51,397 nucleotides of DNA from a virus, in the IMG/VR virus record IMGVR_UViG_3300045988_030125; one strand, given 5' to 3'. Every line of letters starts with the position of its first letter. Position 1 is the stretch's first letter. A program made the position numbers and the translations under genes. Positions 41,476-49,129 of the stretch are shown here, piece by piece. The notes under the pieces were generated by a model that saw only the letters and a list, made by a program, of their open reading frames with translations, was not told the DNA's origin and made no database searches.

Positions 41476-42822
41476 TCAGCGAGTCTTGCTGTATCGACCG
41501 ACACACCAGGCCACAGTCACGGTGGCTACACCGAACAGCAGCGACAGAATCCCGATCACAGCGGCCTCAGAGGCAGCACCAGTCTTGGCCAGCTTGGCCT
41601 TCGGGGCCTCAATCGTTGGCGCAGGCTTCGGGGCCGGGGCCGGTGCAGGCTTAGTCGGTGCAGGGATAGGCTCGATCTTGCAGGGCGTCCGGTCCTTGTC
41701 TCGGTCAGGGTGGATCGTGCAAGGGGTCTGGGTCGGCGTGGGCGTCGGCTCATCCGAAGGCGCAGGCGTCGGCGTCGGCTCGGACGGCTTGGAAGGCTCA
41801 GGGGCCGGGGTCGAGGTCGGCTCAGTAGAAGGGGCCGGTGCAGGCGTAGACGGCTCAGGTTCCGGCGTAGGGGCAGGAGTCGGCTTCGGGTCCTCAGACG
41901 GCGTAGGTTCCGGCGCGGGCGTCGGCTTCACAGAGCCGTCACCGTCCGTGCCTCCGTTAGAACGGACGGTCGCAGTAGCTTCCAGTTTGAGACCATTCAC
42001 CTCAGCGTGGTTGGTAACTGAGGTCTGACCCTCGGGCACCTTCATCTGCTCGGGTGGGTACGTGGCGCAAGTCTTAGACCCTTCAGGCGCGGTGAACTTG
42101 ATCGTGTTCGCATCCACCTGATCGGCGGTAACAATCTCGGTCGTGGCCGGGTCCCAGGTTGGACCCTTAGCGCACTTCACGTACGTGCTCAGCCGAGTGT
42201 CGAAGTCCTTAACGGTGTACTCGACACCGCCCTCGGCAATAAACTTGATGCCCCATCCAACGGTTCCGTTGGAATTGGTCCAACCAAACTTGATGTTGGA
42301 AGGCTCTGCGTACTCAAAGTGGGCCGGACTATCACAGTCGCTCGTGCAAGACCCTGTGCCTTCAGCATCGCCCCAGATGAGCTTCTTGACAACCTCACCA
42401 TTGAGGGTGATCGTACCCTCGTTAGTGCCGACAGCGGCGTCCTGAAGCCTGGCTCGCGCCCACCACGAACCGCTGACGTTCTCCTTATCCTTATAAGACT
42501 CAGGCACCTCGGTCACCTTGCAGGTCAGCGTCGCCTGATCGGCGTTGCACTCACCGACGACAGTGCCGTCATTAAGAGCGAATGGAAAACTAGCGTTCCA
42601 CTTGAAGCCACCATCCTTAGACGCGACGGTGAAAGACTGTCCGACAGCCAGTCGCTCAACGGTCCAGATTCCACCCACATTGACCTCGCTAGAGGTCTGC
42701 CGAGACGAGGACGTTGCCTTGGTGACCTCGGCCTTGATCTCAGGGGTGGTGTCGGCGGCATAGGCTGCTGCTGGGGCAATCATCAGTAGTGCGACACCGG
42801 CTGTCGCAAGAAAACGCTTCAT
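41476..42822 (-). CDS. secreted, sortase-anchored (LAKTG) cell-wall surface protein with a Pro/Thr-rich stalk
   Basis: The signal peptide is MKRFLATAGVALLMIAPAAAYA. The PT-rich linker spans about 41640-41940. The LAKTG motif lies at 41578-41592, followed by a hydrophobic helix and an RYSKTR tail. An SD GAAAGGA precedes ATG 42822. Confidence 0.88.
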   Translation of the reverse strand: MKRFLATAGVALLMIAPAAAYAADTTPEIKAEVTKATSSSRQTSSEVNVGGIWTVERLAVGQSFTVASKDGGFKWNASFPFALNDGTVVGECNADQATLTCKVTEVPESYKDKENVSGSWWARARLQDAAVGTNEGTITLNGEVVKKLIWGDAEGTGSCTSDCDSPAHFEYAEPSNIKFGWTNSNGTVGWGIKFIAEGGVEYTVKDFDTRLSTYVKCAKGPTWDPATTEIVTADQVDANTIKFTAPEGSKTCATYPPEQMKVPEGQTSVTNHAEVNGLKLEATATVRSNGGTDGDGSVKPTPAPEPTPSEDPKPTPAPTPEPEPSTPAPAPSTEPTSTPAPEPSKPSEPTPTPAPSDEPTPTPTQTPCTIHPDRDKDRTPCKIEPIPAPTKPAPAPAPKPAPTIEAPKAKLAKTGAASEAAVIGILSLLFGVATVTVAWCVGRYSKTR

Positions 42823-42863
42823 TGTTAGTTGTCCTTTCGTAGTTGTCTGGGCTGACAACATTT

Positions 42864-42919
42864 AGTGTAGCTGACAGACCGAGTAGTTTACGATAGATAA
42901 TCACGTGACACTGCTCACA
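42864..42919 (-). promoter_or_regulatory. Promoter of the LPXTG gene: CRP-like box, weak -35, good -10
   Basis: Read on the minus strand, TGTGA-gcagtg-TCACG lies at 42919-42904. A 7-nt gap follows, then CGTAAA (42892-42887), a 17-nt spacer and TACACT (42869-42864). Confidence 0.5.
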
Positions 42920-42924
42920 TAGTA

Positions 42925-42961
42925 TCATCCCCCTACCGAGGGTTAGTCGATAGGGGGATGA
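42925..42961 (-). terminator. 11-bp hairpin after gene 43063-43359
   Basis: TCATCCCCCTA pairs with TAGGGGGATGA. Confidence 0.6.
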
Positions 42962-43062
42962 GTCCTCACGCATTTTGAACCTGCGTGCAAGGCCGGTACT
43001 TGGAAGGCGAACCCTCCCGTACCTAATCCCGAGATCAGAGGCGCGCTGTCTCAGGCCGCTTA

Positions 43063-43359
43063 TCACAGATGGTCGAACGGACGATGCTCCAAAATCTCTT
43101 CCATCTTATGACCTGGAATGGTGTAGACACCAGGCGAGACGACACCGTAGGTCATCGGGGTAACCATCGTCACAGGAGCCTTCTCGACAATGCCCTGGTC
43201 AAGCAGAGCGATAAGCTCAGGGTCCTGCGTGGTGATCGTGTAGACACCCGTACGAGCCTCCTGGGTGATGGTGGTCTTCATCTCGTCATTCTTGATGAGA
43301 GACGAGTAACTGCCCTCGAAAGCCTTGCCCAGCTTGACTGCGAGATCGACAATGCTCAT
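43063..43359 (-). CDS. hypothetical protein (98 aa)
   Basis: The ORF is in the track, with SD AAGGAGG. Confidence 0.75.
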   Translation of the reverse strand: MSIVDLAVKLGKAFEGSYSSLIKNDEMKTTITQEARTGVYTITTQDPELIALLDQGIVEKAPVTMVTPMTYGVVSPGVYTIPGHKMEEILEHRPFDHL

Positions 43360-43394
43360 TGTTCCTCCTTGGTTGTCGTTACTAGGCTATTGTA

Positions 43395-43712
43395 TCAGCC
43401 CCAGATGACCTCAGCGTTCTTATCGTTGGTACGCAGATTGTATGCTAGTTCTGCATCATTGAACTTATCACCCCAAGATGATACCCAGTATTCTTCGGAA
43501 CCTTCGATACCATCCGAGACACGCAAGAAGAATGACGAGTTAGTCTGAATCACACAAGGGGCTTCACACTCATTAAGATAACAGATGACACCATTCTTGT
43601 CCCTAAAGTAATTACGACTCTCGTGCTCTTCTTCAAGTTCGACACCCAGCTTGGGTGCGATCTTCTTCAGCAGCTTATCAGCGAGTTCATCAAACTGCTC
43701 ATCAGTTAACAT
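43395..43712 (-). CDS. hypothetical protein (105 aa), paralog of 44115-44447
   Basis: The ORF is in the track, with SD GGGAG. It shares R(D)K(N/D)GV...(L).E...CVI(Q/D)TN with 44115-44447. Confidence 0.75.
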   Translation of the reverse strand: MLTDEQFDELADKLLKKIAPKLGVELEEEHESRNYFRDKNGVICYLNECEAPCVIQTNSSFFLRVSDGIEGSEEYWVSSWGDKFNDAELAYNLRTNDKNAEVIWG

Positions 43713-44099
43713 TGTTAACTCCCTTCAGCGCCCAATCGAGACTTTTATTGAGTTCTTCCATGGTGGAGCACCACTGGGCATCCTTAAGAACAGCAAACAG
43801 AAACTCCTTCCAGAAGCGGTCACCTGGAAGACGAGCGAAATCCTCGTCTTCTTCAATAATCTCTGTCGGCTCCTTGAACTCAGCGTCATGCAACCAAGTT
43901 GTGAACATTGGAAGGTTGATGTCGATGGTAGTGAGGTGCCCCAGTCAGACCACCAGCCCTTAATAGTGTAGCTTTCACCGTAACTGGAAGTAAAGGTATA
44001 CGCAGGGTGGTCAAGCATACCTGTGTACATACACATATCACATGAACCATCTGTATCTTCATAGGTATTCGTATCAAAATTGGTAAGGCGCAGCTTCAT
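43702..44099 (-). CDS. hypothetical protein needing a +1 frame change at a G4 run (43939-43942)
   Basis: ATG 44099 follows GAAAGGA. The protein-like frame switches from track ORF 43725-44099 to track ORF 43702-43908. The second ORF has no RBS. Confidence 0.55.
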
Positions 44100-44114
44100 T
44101 TTAGTTTCCTTTCG

Positions 44115-44447
44115 TTAGAACTTATAAACAGTGATCTCGACATCAGGGTCATCAGCATGATCACGAATGAGTGCCGCAAGATTCCTTGGGATATAGTAAT
44201 TACCCCCAAGAGAGACGAAGTAGCGTACGAATGAAGTTTGTGAGGTTACTGGCATATAGAGGTTAACATTAGTGTCGATCACGCACTTCTCTTTAACCAG
44301 TTCAGTAAGATCATGAACGACACCATCCTTGTCCCTAATCTGTGTGTCGCTCAACTCTTCTACTGGGCTGGCATCCAGCACGTCTACCAGCTTTGCAACT
44401 GTGCGTCGTACCTCTTCCATCCAGGCATCAAATTCAGCGTTGGTCAT
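44115..44447 (-). CDS. hypothetical protein (110 aa), paralog of 43395-43712
   Basis: The ORF is in the track, with a strong SD AAAGGAGAAAC. Confidence 0.8.
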   Translation of the reverse strand: MTNAEFDAWMEEVRRTVAKLVDVLDASPVEELSDTQIRDKDGVVHDLTELVKEKCVIDTNVNLYMPVTSQTSFVRYFVSLGGNYYIPRNLAALIRDHADDPDVEITVYKF

Positions 44448-44469
44448 TTTGTTTCTCCTTTCTTTCGCG

Positions 44470-44540
44470 CTCCCAGACTAGGACTCGAACCTAGTCCGAC
44501 AGGGCCAAAACCTGCCGTGCTGCCATTACACTATCTGGGA
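44470..44540 (-). tRNA. tRNA-Gln (anticodon TTG)
   Basis: I folded the cloverleaf by hand. The acceptor is TCCCAGA/TCTGGGA, the anticodon loop TTTTGGC and the T-arm CTAGG-TTCGAGT-CCTAG. It is 71 nt long with no encoded CCA. Confidence 0.88.
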
Positions 44541-44611
44541 TAAACCCAGGCAGTCCCGGAGGACGCCTGGGAACTAAGTGCTGCATATGCAACAGTAGGC
44601 AATACTGCCCG

Positions 44612-44684
44612 TCGGAATGGTGAGACTCGAACTCACGGCCCCCTGGTCCCAAACCAGGTGCGCTACCTACTGCGCTACATTCCG
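44612..44684 (-). tRNA. tRNA-Pro (anticodon TGG)
   Basis: I folded the cloverleaf by hand. The acceptor is CGGAATG/CATTCCG, the anticodon loop TTTGGGA and the T-arm GTGAG-TTCGAGT-CTCAC. It is 73 nt long. Confidence 0.9.
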
Positions 44685-44846
44685 TTGGAAGGGGATGCTA
44701 TTCGGACGACAGAAACACACACTAAAAAGAGTCGTCCCTAGGGTGCTACCCCGCACGTGATCCCCCGATCACGACGGCTGGTCCATCCTCTTGGCCAAAG
44801 AGGCAGGCGACAAGGCCTAATCATCCAGCATTGTCCAGCCGCTTGG

Positions 44847-44931
44847 TGGTCCCCTTGGTGAGAGTCGAACTCACACTCCTTTCGGAACTCGATTTTGAGT
44901 CGAGCGCGTCTGCCTGTTCCGCCACAAGGGG
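44847..44931 (-). tRNA. tRNA-Leu (anticodon CAA), type II with a long variable arm and encoded CCA
   Basis: I folded the cloverleaf by hand. The acceptor is CCCCTTG/CAAGGGG, the anticodon loop CTCAAAA, the variable arm TTCCGAAAGGAGT and the T-arm GTGAG-TTCGACT-CTCAC. It ends in ACCA. Confidence 0.88.
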
Positions 44932-45000
44932 TAGTGCCTCCCAATGTTCACCATCCCTTACTTGTAGGGTTTTGAGAGGCTATTCAGTTGTGATGTGTTC

Positions 45001-45056
45001 AGTATAGGCCCGCTCTTTCTGAACTGTCAACCCTATACCACGTGACGTGTGTCACT
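45001..45056 (-). promoter_or_regulatory. Promoter of the tRNA operon with CRP-like box
   Basis: Read on the minus strand, AGTGA-cacacg-TCACG lies at 45056-45041. TTGACA is at 45030-45025, followed by an 18-nt spacer and TATACT at 45006-45001. Confidence 0.65.
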
Positions 45057-45390
45057 CTGAAGTGTTGATGAGCGTCGCGATGTACGGGTCTTCAGAAAGC
45101 AAGATGCTGACGATATCGATGCTTTGAAGCACAGCCTTACTATCACCGATGCCAGTACGGACCCAGCACTTACTGCGAATCTTCAGAAATGCTCCGTGTC
45201 GCTCTGTGATGATAACACTACCAGTGCTGGTGATCGACTCCAACGCTTGTGCTGTTTCGATTGCTACAGTCCGCCCATAACCGTTATAGTCAACACTCCA
45301 AACACTGAGGTCATCAATACCTGCGTTGCGTAGCTTGAGGTTGTCGTCAATCAGCTTATCGTAGAATTCTTGAAACGTATCTTTGCTCAT
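45052..45390 (-). CDS. hypothetical protein (112 aa), paralog of 45387-45740
   Basis: The ORF is in the track. Its start overlaps the upstream stop as ATGA. The similarity was judged by eye. Confidence 0.75.
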   Translation of the reverse strand: MSKDTFQEFYDKLIDDNLKLRNAGIDDLSVWSVDYNGYGRTVAIETAQALESITSTGSVIITERHGAFLKIRSKCWVRTGIGDSKAVLQSIDIVSILLSEDPYIATLINTSE

Positions 45391-45740
45391 GACTGCGCCC
45401 CAGGATCGACAATCGTAGCGACATGGCCACCATTATCACTCTCGGTAATGATGAACTTGAGAATGTCAAGATCATGAACCACACGATCCTCACCTGTAGT
45501 AGGTTCAGTCCAGTTCTGGTCGTTGATCTTCAGCCAGATACCGTGATTCTTAGTGATGATCATACAGCCCTTCGTAGTGATAACACCGAAGTCACGGCAG
45601 TCCAGGACTGTAGTCACTTCCCGCTTACCAAAACCCATAACGCACTGCACGCTAAGACCATGGATATCCCATGTATGCATCCTGATGTGGTTCTCTCGCG
45701 TCTGGTTATAAAACTCGATGAACTCCTTGTTGTCGCTCAT
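45387..45740 (-). CDS. hypothetical protein (117 aa), paralog of 45052-45390
   Basis: The ORF is in the track, with SD GGAAGGAG. Confidence 0.75.
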   Translation of the reverse strand: MSDNKEFIEFYNQTRENHIRMHTWDIHGLSVQCVMGFGKREVTTVLDCRDFGVITTKGCMIITKNHGIWLKINDQNWTEPTTGEDRVVHDLDILKFIITESDNGGHVATIVDPGAQS

Positions 45741-46018
45741 TCTTTATCTCCTTCCGTTTCAAGAATGATTGCTTGCTTATTACTGTTGTTGATAAGATAC
45801 GCAAGCTCATAACTGTACAGGCCAATCAGCACAACACTGTCGAACACACGCCAGAGCTGGCTACCCTTCTTAAAGGTGATCCCGTTCCACTTCAGCTTGC
45901 GCACTGTATCAAGGTCTACATTGCCAAGGCCAGGAACGTCAACGACAGGGTAATCACTTTCCTGCGCATTGTCGCAGGCTTCGTAAAGCAGATTATGGAT
46001 TTCGCTCACACTTAGCAT
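45737..46018 (-). CDS. hypothetical protein (93 aa)
   Basis: The ORF is in the track. Its start overlaps the upstream stop as TAATG. Confidence 0.75.
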   Translation of the reverse strand: MLSVSEIHNLLYEACDNAQESDYPVVDVPGLGNVDLDTVRKLKWNGITFKKGSQLWRVFDSVVLIGLYSYELAYLINNSNKQAIILETEGDKE

Positions 46019-46155
46019 TAGTTTTCCTCCAATGAAAGTAGTGCTTCAGCATAGCCAGCTACCTTAAACCAGCTCATGTTAGACGGGTTGCTTTTATACT
46101 CGCTAGACGCAATGTCAAAAATCTCTTGGAGCAGAGAATGTCCAAATGTCGCCAT
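46018..46155 (-). CDS. hypothetical 45-aa protein
   Basis: I translated this by hand. It has a strong SD GAAAGGAGAAAC and is the first gene after promoter 46187-46242. Confidence 0.6.
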   Translation of the reverse strand: MATFGHSLLQEIFDIASSEYKSNPSNMSWFKVAGYAEALLSLEEN

Positions 46156-46186
46156 TGTTTCTCCTTTCTTCGGGGCTGATGCATTT

Positions 46187-46242
46187 ATACTAATGCTCTC
46201 TACCGTCGCCTGTCAACAACTACCCACGTGACGTGTACCACA
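46187..46242 (-). promoter_or_regulatory. Promoter with CRP-like box
   Basis: Read on the minus strand, TGTGG-tacacg-TCACG lies at 46242-46227. TTGACA is at 46216-46211, followed by an 18-nt spacer and TAGTAT at 46192-46187. Confidence 0.6.
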
Positions 46243-46258
46243 TAGTTGTGAGAGTAAA

Positions 46259-46296
46259 ATAAGACCCCCACATGTGCCGTCATGCAGGGGTCTTAT
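46259..46296 (-). terminator. Intrinsic terminator (10-bp stem, T-run on the minus strand)
   Basis: ATAAGACCCC pairs with GGGGTCTTAT, followed by TTTT on the minus strand. Confidence 0.7.
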
Positions 46297-46362
46297 CGGA
46301 TGATCAATCAGTCGATACCTAGTGTACCAGAAGAAAACCGATCATGCCAAGGCAGGTGATAA

Positions 46363-46452
46363 TCACCAGGAATAGGCCACAAAGCTATCCTTGCTGTTCA
46401 TCCCGACAAGGGCTATGCAGGCGCAGAGTATGAACCAAGCAATGATTGCCAC
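46363..46452 (-). CDS. possible 29-aa hydrophobic peptide
   Basis: I translated this by hand. It has a GTG start following AGGAG. Confidence 0.3.
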   Translation of the reverse strand: MAIIAWFILCACIALVGMNSKDSFVAYSW

Positions 46453-46456
46453 GAGC

Positions 46457-46672
46457 CTACACTCCTATTTCTGCCACCAACGAATCAGCGACCACATATG
46501 GGGTTTCACCCTTGCCAGGATACAACTCAGCAAGAGCATCGTCCCAGCACACTCCATCAAAGAGGCCAAGCTCATTAGCAACTGACACGATGACCTTAGC
46601 CTCCATCAGCTCCTTCAGATCGTCCTCAAAGATGCCATACTCACCAATGCCAATGTACCGGATACCATTCAT
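46457..46672 (-). CDS. hypothetical protein (71 aa), paralog of 46669-46929
   Basis: The ORF is in the track. It shares GI(R/E)YIG...(E/D)...L(K/Q)EL and (L/V)YPG.G.TP with 46669-46929. Confidence 0.7.
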   Translation of the reverse strand: MNGIRYIGIGEYGIFEDDLKELMEAKVIVSVANELGLFDGVCWDDALAELYPGKGETPYVVADSLVAEIGV

Positions 46673-46929
46673 CGCACAAGCACACTCCAGTCTTTGTCGT
46701 CATCCTCAATAAGCTTAGACACAACAGCAGTGGCAACTTCTTGTGGTGTTTTGCCATAACCTGGATACACCTTTGGAATACGCTCACACCACAAATAGTG
46801 GTACCCCTGGTCATAGAACTCCACGAAAAGCTCATTACCCAGAAGTTCCTGAAGTCTCTCCTTGGTGACAACAAACTCGTCGTCACCAATGTACTCTATA
46901 CCATCGATTAGGCCTCCAGCTCGAATCAT
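46669..46929 (-). CDS. hypothetical protein (86 aa), paralog of 46457-46672
   Basis: I moved the track ORF start to the ATG that overlaps the upstream stop as ATGA. Confidence 0.7.
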   Translation of the reverse strand: MIRAGGLIDGIEYIGDDEFVVTKERLQELLGNELFVEFYDQGYHYLWCERIPKVYPGYGKTPQEVATAVVSKLIEDDDKDWSVLVR

Positions 46930-47144
46930 GGCAGCACCTTCCATCCTGCACCATCCCCGATGTCTTTCAGCATCTCAGCGTCAGAGTGAGCCTGGTTAGA
47001 CCACAGGTCCTTACCATGAACCCAGTAGTCCTCCATGTCCTCACCGATAGACTTCAGATAGCGAGTGTCATCCGGGTCGATCAGGACAGCACCAGTCGCA
47101 AGACGATGGAACGGAATCTGAAGATCATTGAAATTGATAATCAT
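46926..47144 (-). CDS. hypothetical protein (72 aa)
   Basis: The ORF is in the track and is translationally coupled to its neighbors. Confidence 0.7.
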   Translation of the reverse strand: MIINFNDLQIPFHRLATGAVLIDPDDTRYLKSIGEDMEDYWVHGKDLWSNQAHSDAEMLKDIGDGAGWKVLP

Positions 47145-47359
47145 TCTCGGTTCTCCTTTGCCTCGACAAGGCGGTACTTAGCGACCGCGTAGTCATCCTT
47201 CTCTTCACGGGCGAACTGCCCAATGCGCCCAATGCCGCCCCAACCCATCTTCTCAGACGGGTAAGCGTGAACAATCTGATACTTCTTACGACTGCCGGTT
47301 TTGATGCTGCCAGTCTTCTTGTTGAAAATCACGTAGATTTCCTCAGCAGGATTAGTCAT
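47141..47359 (-). CDS. hypothetical protein (72 aa)
   Basis: The ORF is in the track and is translationally coupled to its neighbors. Confidence 0.7.
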   Translation of the reverse strand: MTNPAEEIYVIFNKKTGSIKTGSRKKYQIVHAYPSEKMGWGGIGRIGQFAREEKDDYAVAKYRLVEAKENRE

Positions 47360-47859
47360 TTCTTATCATGTCCCTTCGTAAATAGGTTCATAAGGCTGTG
47401 GTCGTCTTGATATTCCTTCAAGAAGATGTTGTTCGCAACAGCCAGCAGCCCTACAGGCTTAAGATCGTTCTCCGTATCAAGGAAGAAGTTCTGGTACTTA
47501 ACGAAATGGTCGTCCAGCAGCGTGTCCCCGTTCTCAGTGTCCAGCACCGTTTCCAACGCCTCGTTATGTCGCTTGACAATATCATCCGACACCGGCTCGC
47601 GGAAGCTAACTGACTGTGCCTCCTCCTTCAAATGGTTATTACCCTGGATGGTTTCAATGAAGTCCGCCACCCCCTCCCAGATGAAGGAATCATCTGCTGC
47701 AGCAAACCATCCGCCGGAGGTCTTCACGAAGCTGAAAGTGCCTGCCCTGAAAAACTCAAGATCGACAACCCAGCCGGAAGGAAGCGCATCGAGAGCAGCC
47801 TCAAGGACCTCCGTGTTGTGGACCAGATCAATGTGATCTGTATCGACAGTAACCAGCAT
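47356..47859 (-). CDS. hypothetical protein (167 aa)
   Basis: The ORF is in the track. Its start overlaps the upstream stop as TAATG. Confidence 0.8.
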   Translation of the reverse strand: MLVTVDTDHIDLVHNTEVLEAALDALPSGWVVDLEFFRAGTFSFVKTSGGWFAAADDSFIWEGVADFIETIQGNNHLKEEAQSVSFREPVSDDIVKRHNEALETVLDTENGDTLLDDHFVKYQNFFLDTENDLKPVGLLAVANNIFLKEYQDDHSLMNLFTKGHDKK

Positions 47860-48368
47860 TACTTATTCTCCTTATCCTTCACGTAACGCCACGCGCTGTC
47901 AGCACCATCAAGTATGCCAAGAACATGTGGATTCTTACTAAATGACCCCAGATCGAAGTTACCGATAAGACCGTCGAAGAAACCCTCAACGTAGTCTTCC
48001 TGCCACTTGTCGAACCGCTCCTTGCCGATACCGGCGATGTCAGCTTCCGACAAGGCCTTGTTCAGAGCGTTCTTGTAGCCGTACTCATCCGACAGGGCAA
48101 CAAGCCGCACTTCTTCAAGCTTGTCGATAGCTTCCTTTTCACCGACAATGGTGAGGTAGATGTCATTCTCCGTGTGCACAAGGCAGCCGAAAACATTGGC
48201 AGTAAGCTCTAAAGCCTTGCCAATGATGTCTTCTGGGTCAAAAGAGCAGTACCCGATCTGAGCAGGGTGGGCCAGCTCGACGCCATATTCATCCCTCAGC
48301 ACGTCATTAGCGAGGACGAAATCACCTCGACGAATGAACTGCGCCGCCAATTCAACTGGATGCTTCAC
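47859..48368 (-). CDS. hypothetical protein (169 aa)
   Basis: I moved the track ORF start to GTG 48368, which overlaps the upstream stop as GTGA and follows GGAGTGGG. Confidence 0.7.
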   Translation of the reverse strand: MKHPVELAAQFIRRGDFVLANDVLRDEYGVELAHPAQIGYCSFDPEDIIGKALELTANVFGCLVHTENDIYLTIVGEKEAIDKLEEVRLVALSDEYGYKNALNKALSEADIAGIGKERFDKWQEDYVEGFFDGLIGNFDLGSFSKNPHVLGILDGADSAWRYVKDKENK

Positions 48369-48529
48369 GATGCCCACTCCACCAGGTACGTAATGACGAC
48401 ACAAGCCGCACCAGCACTAGCCAGAACATCAGGCCAGATCCTCACGCCATCCAAGTGTGACTTCCACCAAGCCAAGGCAGCCCAAACAGCGCTAACAATC
48501 GACCAGACAACAATGTTGAAAACAATCAT
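48365..48529 (-). CDS. small membrane protein (54 aa)
   Basis: I translated this by hand. Its start overlaps the stop of 48526-48771 as ATGA. It is rich in hydrophobic residues and Trp. Confidence 0.55.
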   Translation of the reverse strand: MIVFNIVVWSIVSAVWAALAWWKSHLDGVRIWPDVLASAGAACVVITYLVEWAS

Positions 48530-48771
48530 GAAAGGCTCCTTTCAATAGTAACCTGTTCATTAAAGAGGTCAACTGTTACCTTCAAACAAGTAACGTAAGG
48601 TTCTGTTGACCTGGGGACCTCAATTTCAGCCTCAAAAGGCTGGCAATCATCCCAAGACCTCTCTAGGCTGTCAATAAGCATAGTGCAGCAGTGTTCAGGC
48701 AAATCAGGGCACAGATCAACAATAACCTCTGGTGAGAACTTAAGCTCTGGCATTTTTGGTTTAATAGCCAT
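48526..48771 (-). CDS. hypothetical protein (81 aa)
   Basis: The ORF is in the track. Confidence 0.7.
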   Translation of the reverse strand: MAIKPKMPELKFSPEVIVDLCPDLPEHCCTMLIDSLERSWDDCQPFEAEIEVPRSTEPYVTCLKVTVDLFNEQVTIERSLS

Positions 48772-48776
48772 GATGA

Positions 48777-49127
48777 TCAGTACCCCTTGTGAACTAGATG
48801 AGTGTAGTCGAGATTGCGCAGGATGTGGACGAACATCTCAGTATCGTTCCTCACACCCCCATAACAGCTCACCCACTTATCTTCGCAGCGCATCCATTCA
48901 CAATCGCAGACAGCAATAACCATCCCCGGACTAGCCTTCCACAAGTCATCAGGCGTAGTGATAGTAAACCCTGTAGCGTTACCGTCGTTGTCCTTCAGCT
49001 CGACAGGTGTCTCATTGTCGTACATGAGACTATCGATCCGAATTTCAAAAGACCTGAACATTTCATATGCTTCATCACGCTTGTGAGTGAGATCAGTGTA
49101 CTTGGTCAACAGCTCTTCAATGTTCAT
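48777..49127 (-). CDS. hypothetical protein (116 aa), distant paralog of 49939-50244
   Basis: The ORF is in the track. The C-terminal halves align by eye with 49939-50244. Confidence 0.75.
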   Translation of the reverse strand: MNIEELLTKYTDLTHKRDEAYEMFRSFEIRIDSLMYDNETPVELKDNDGNATGFTITTPDDLWKASPGMVIAVCDCEWMRCEDKWVSCYGGVRNDTEMFVHILRNLDYTHLVHKGY

Positions 49128-49129
49128 GG

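Noticed and set aside
41471-42028. Gly/Arg-rich ORFs on the + strand
   Set aside because: They are antisense read-through of the Pro/Thr-rich linker of the LPXTG protein, a low-complexity artefact.
42740-43066. 108-aa minus-strand ORF
   Set aside because: It spans a terminator hairpin, the LPXTG promoter and the LPXTG signal-peptide region in another frame.
44685-44846. A fourth tRNA in the operon
   Set aside because: An anticodon-arm-like hairpin exists, but position 37 would be a pyrimidine. No T-arm or acceptor stem can be formed.
44738-44944. 68-aa minus-strand ORF
   Set aside because: It overlaps tRNA-Leu and the structured spacer.
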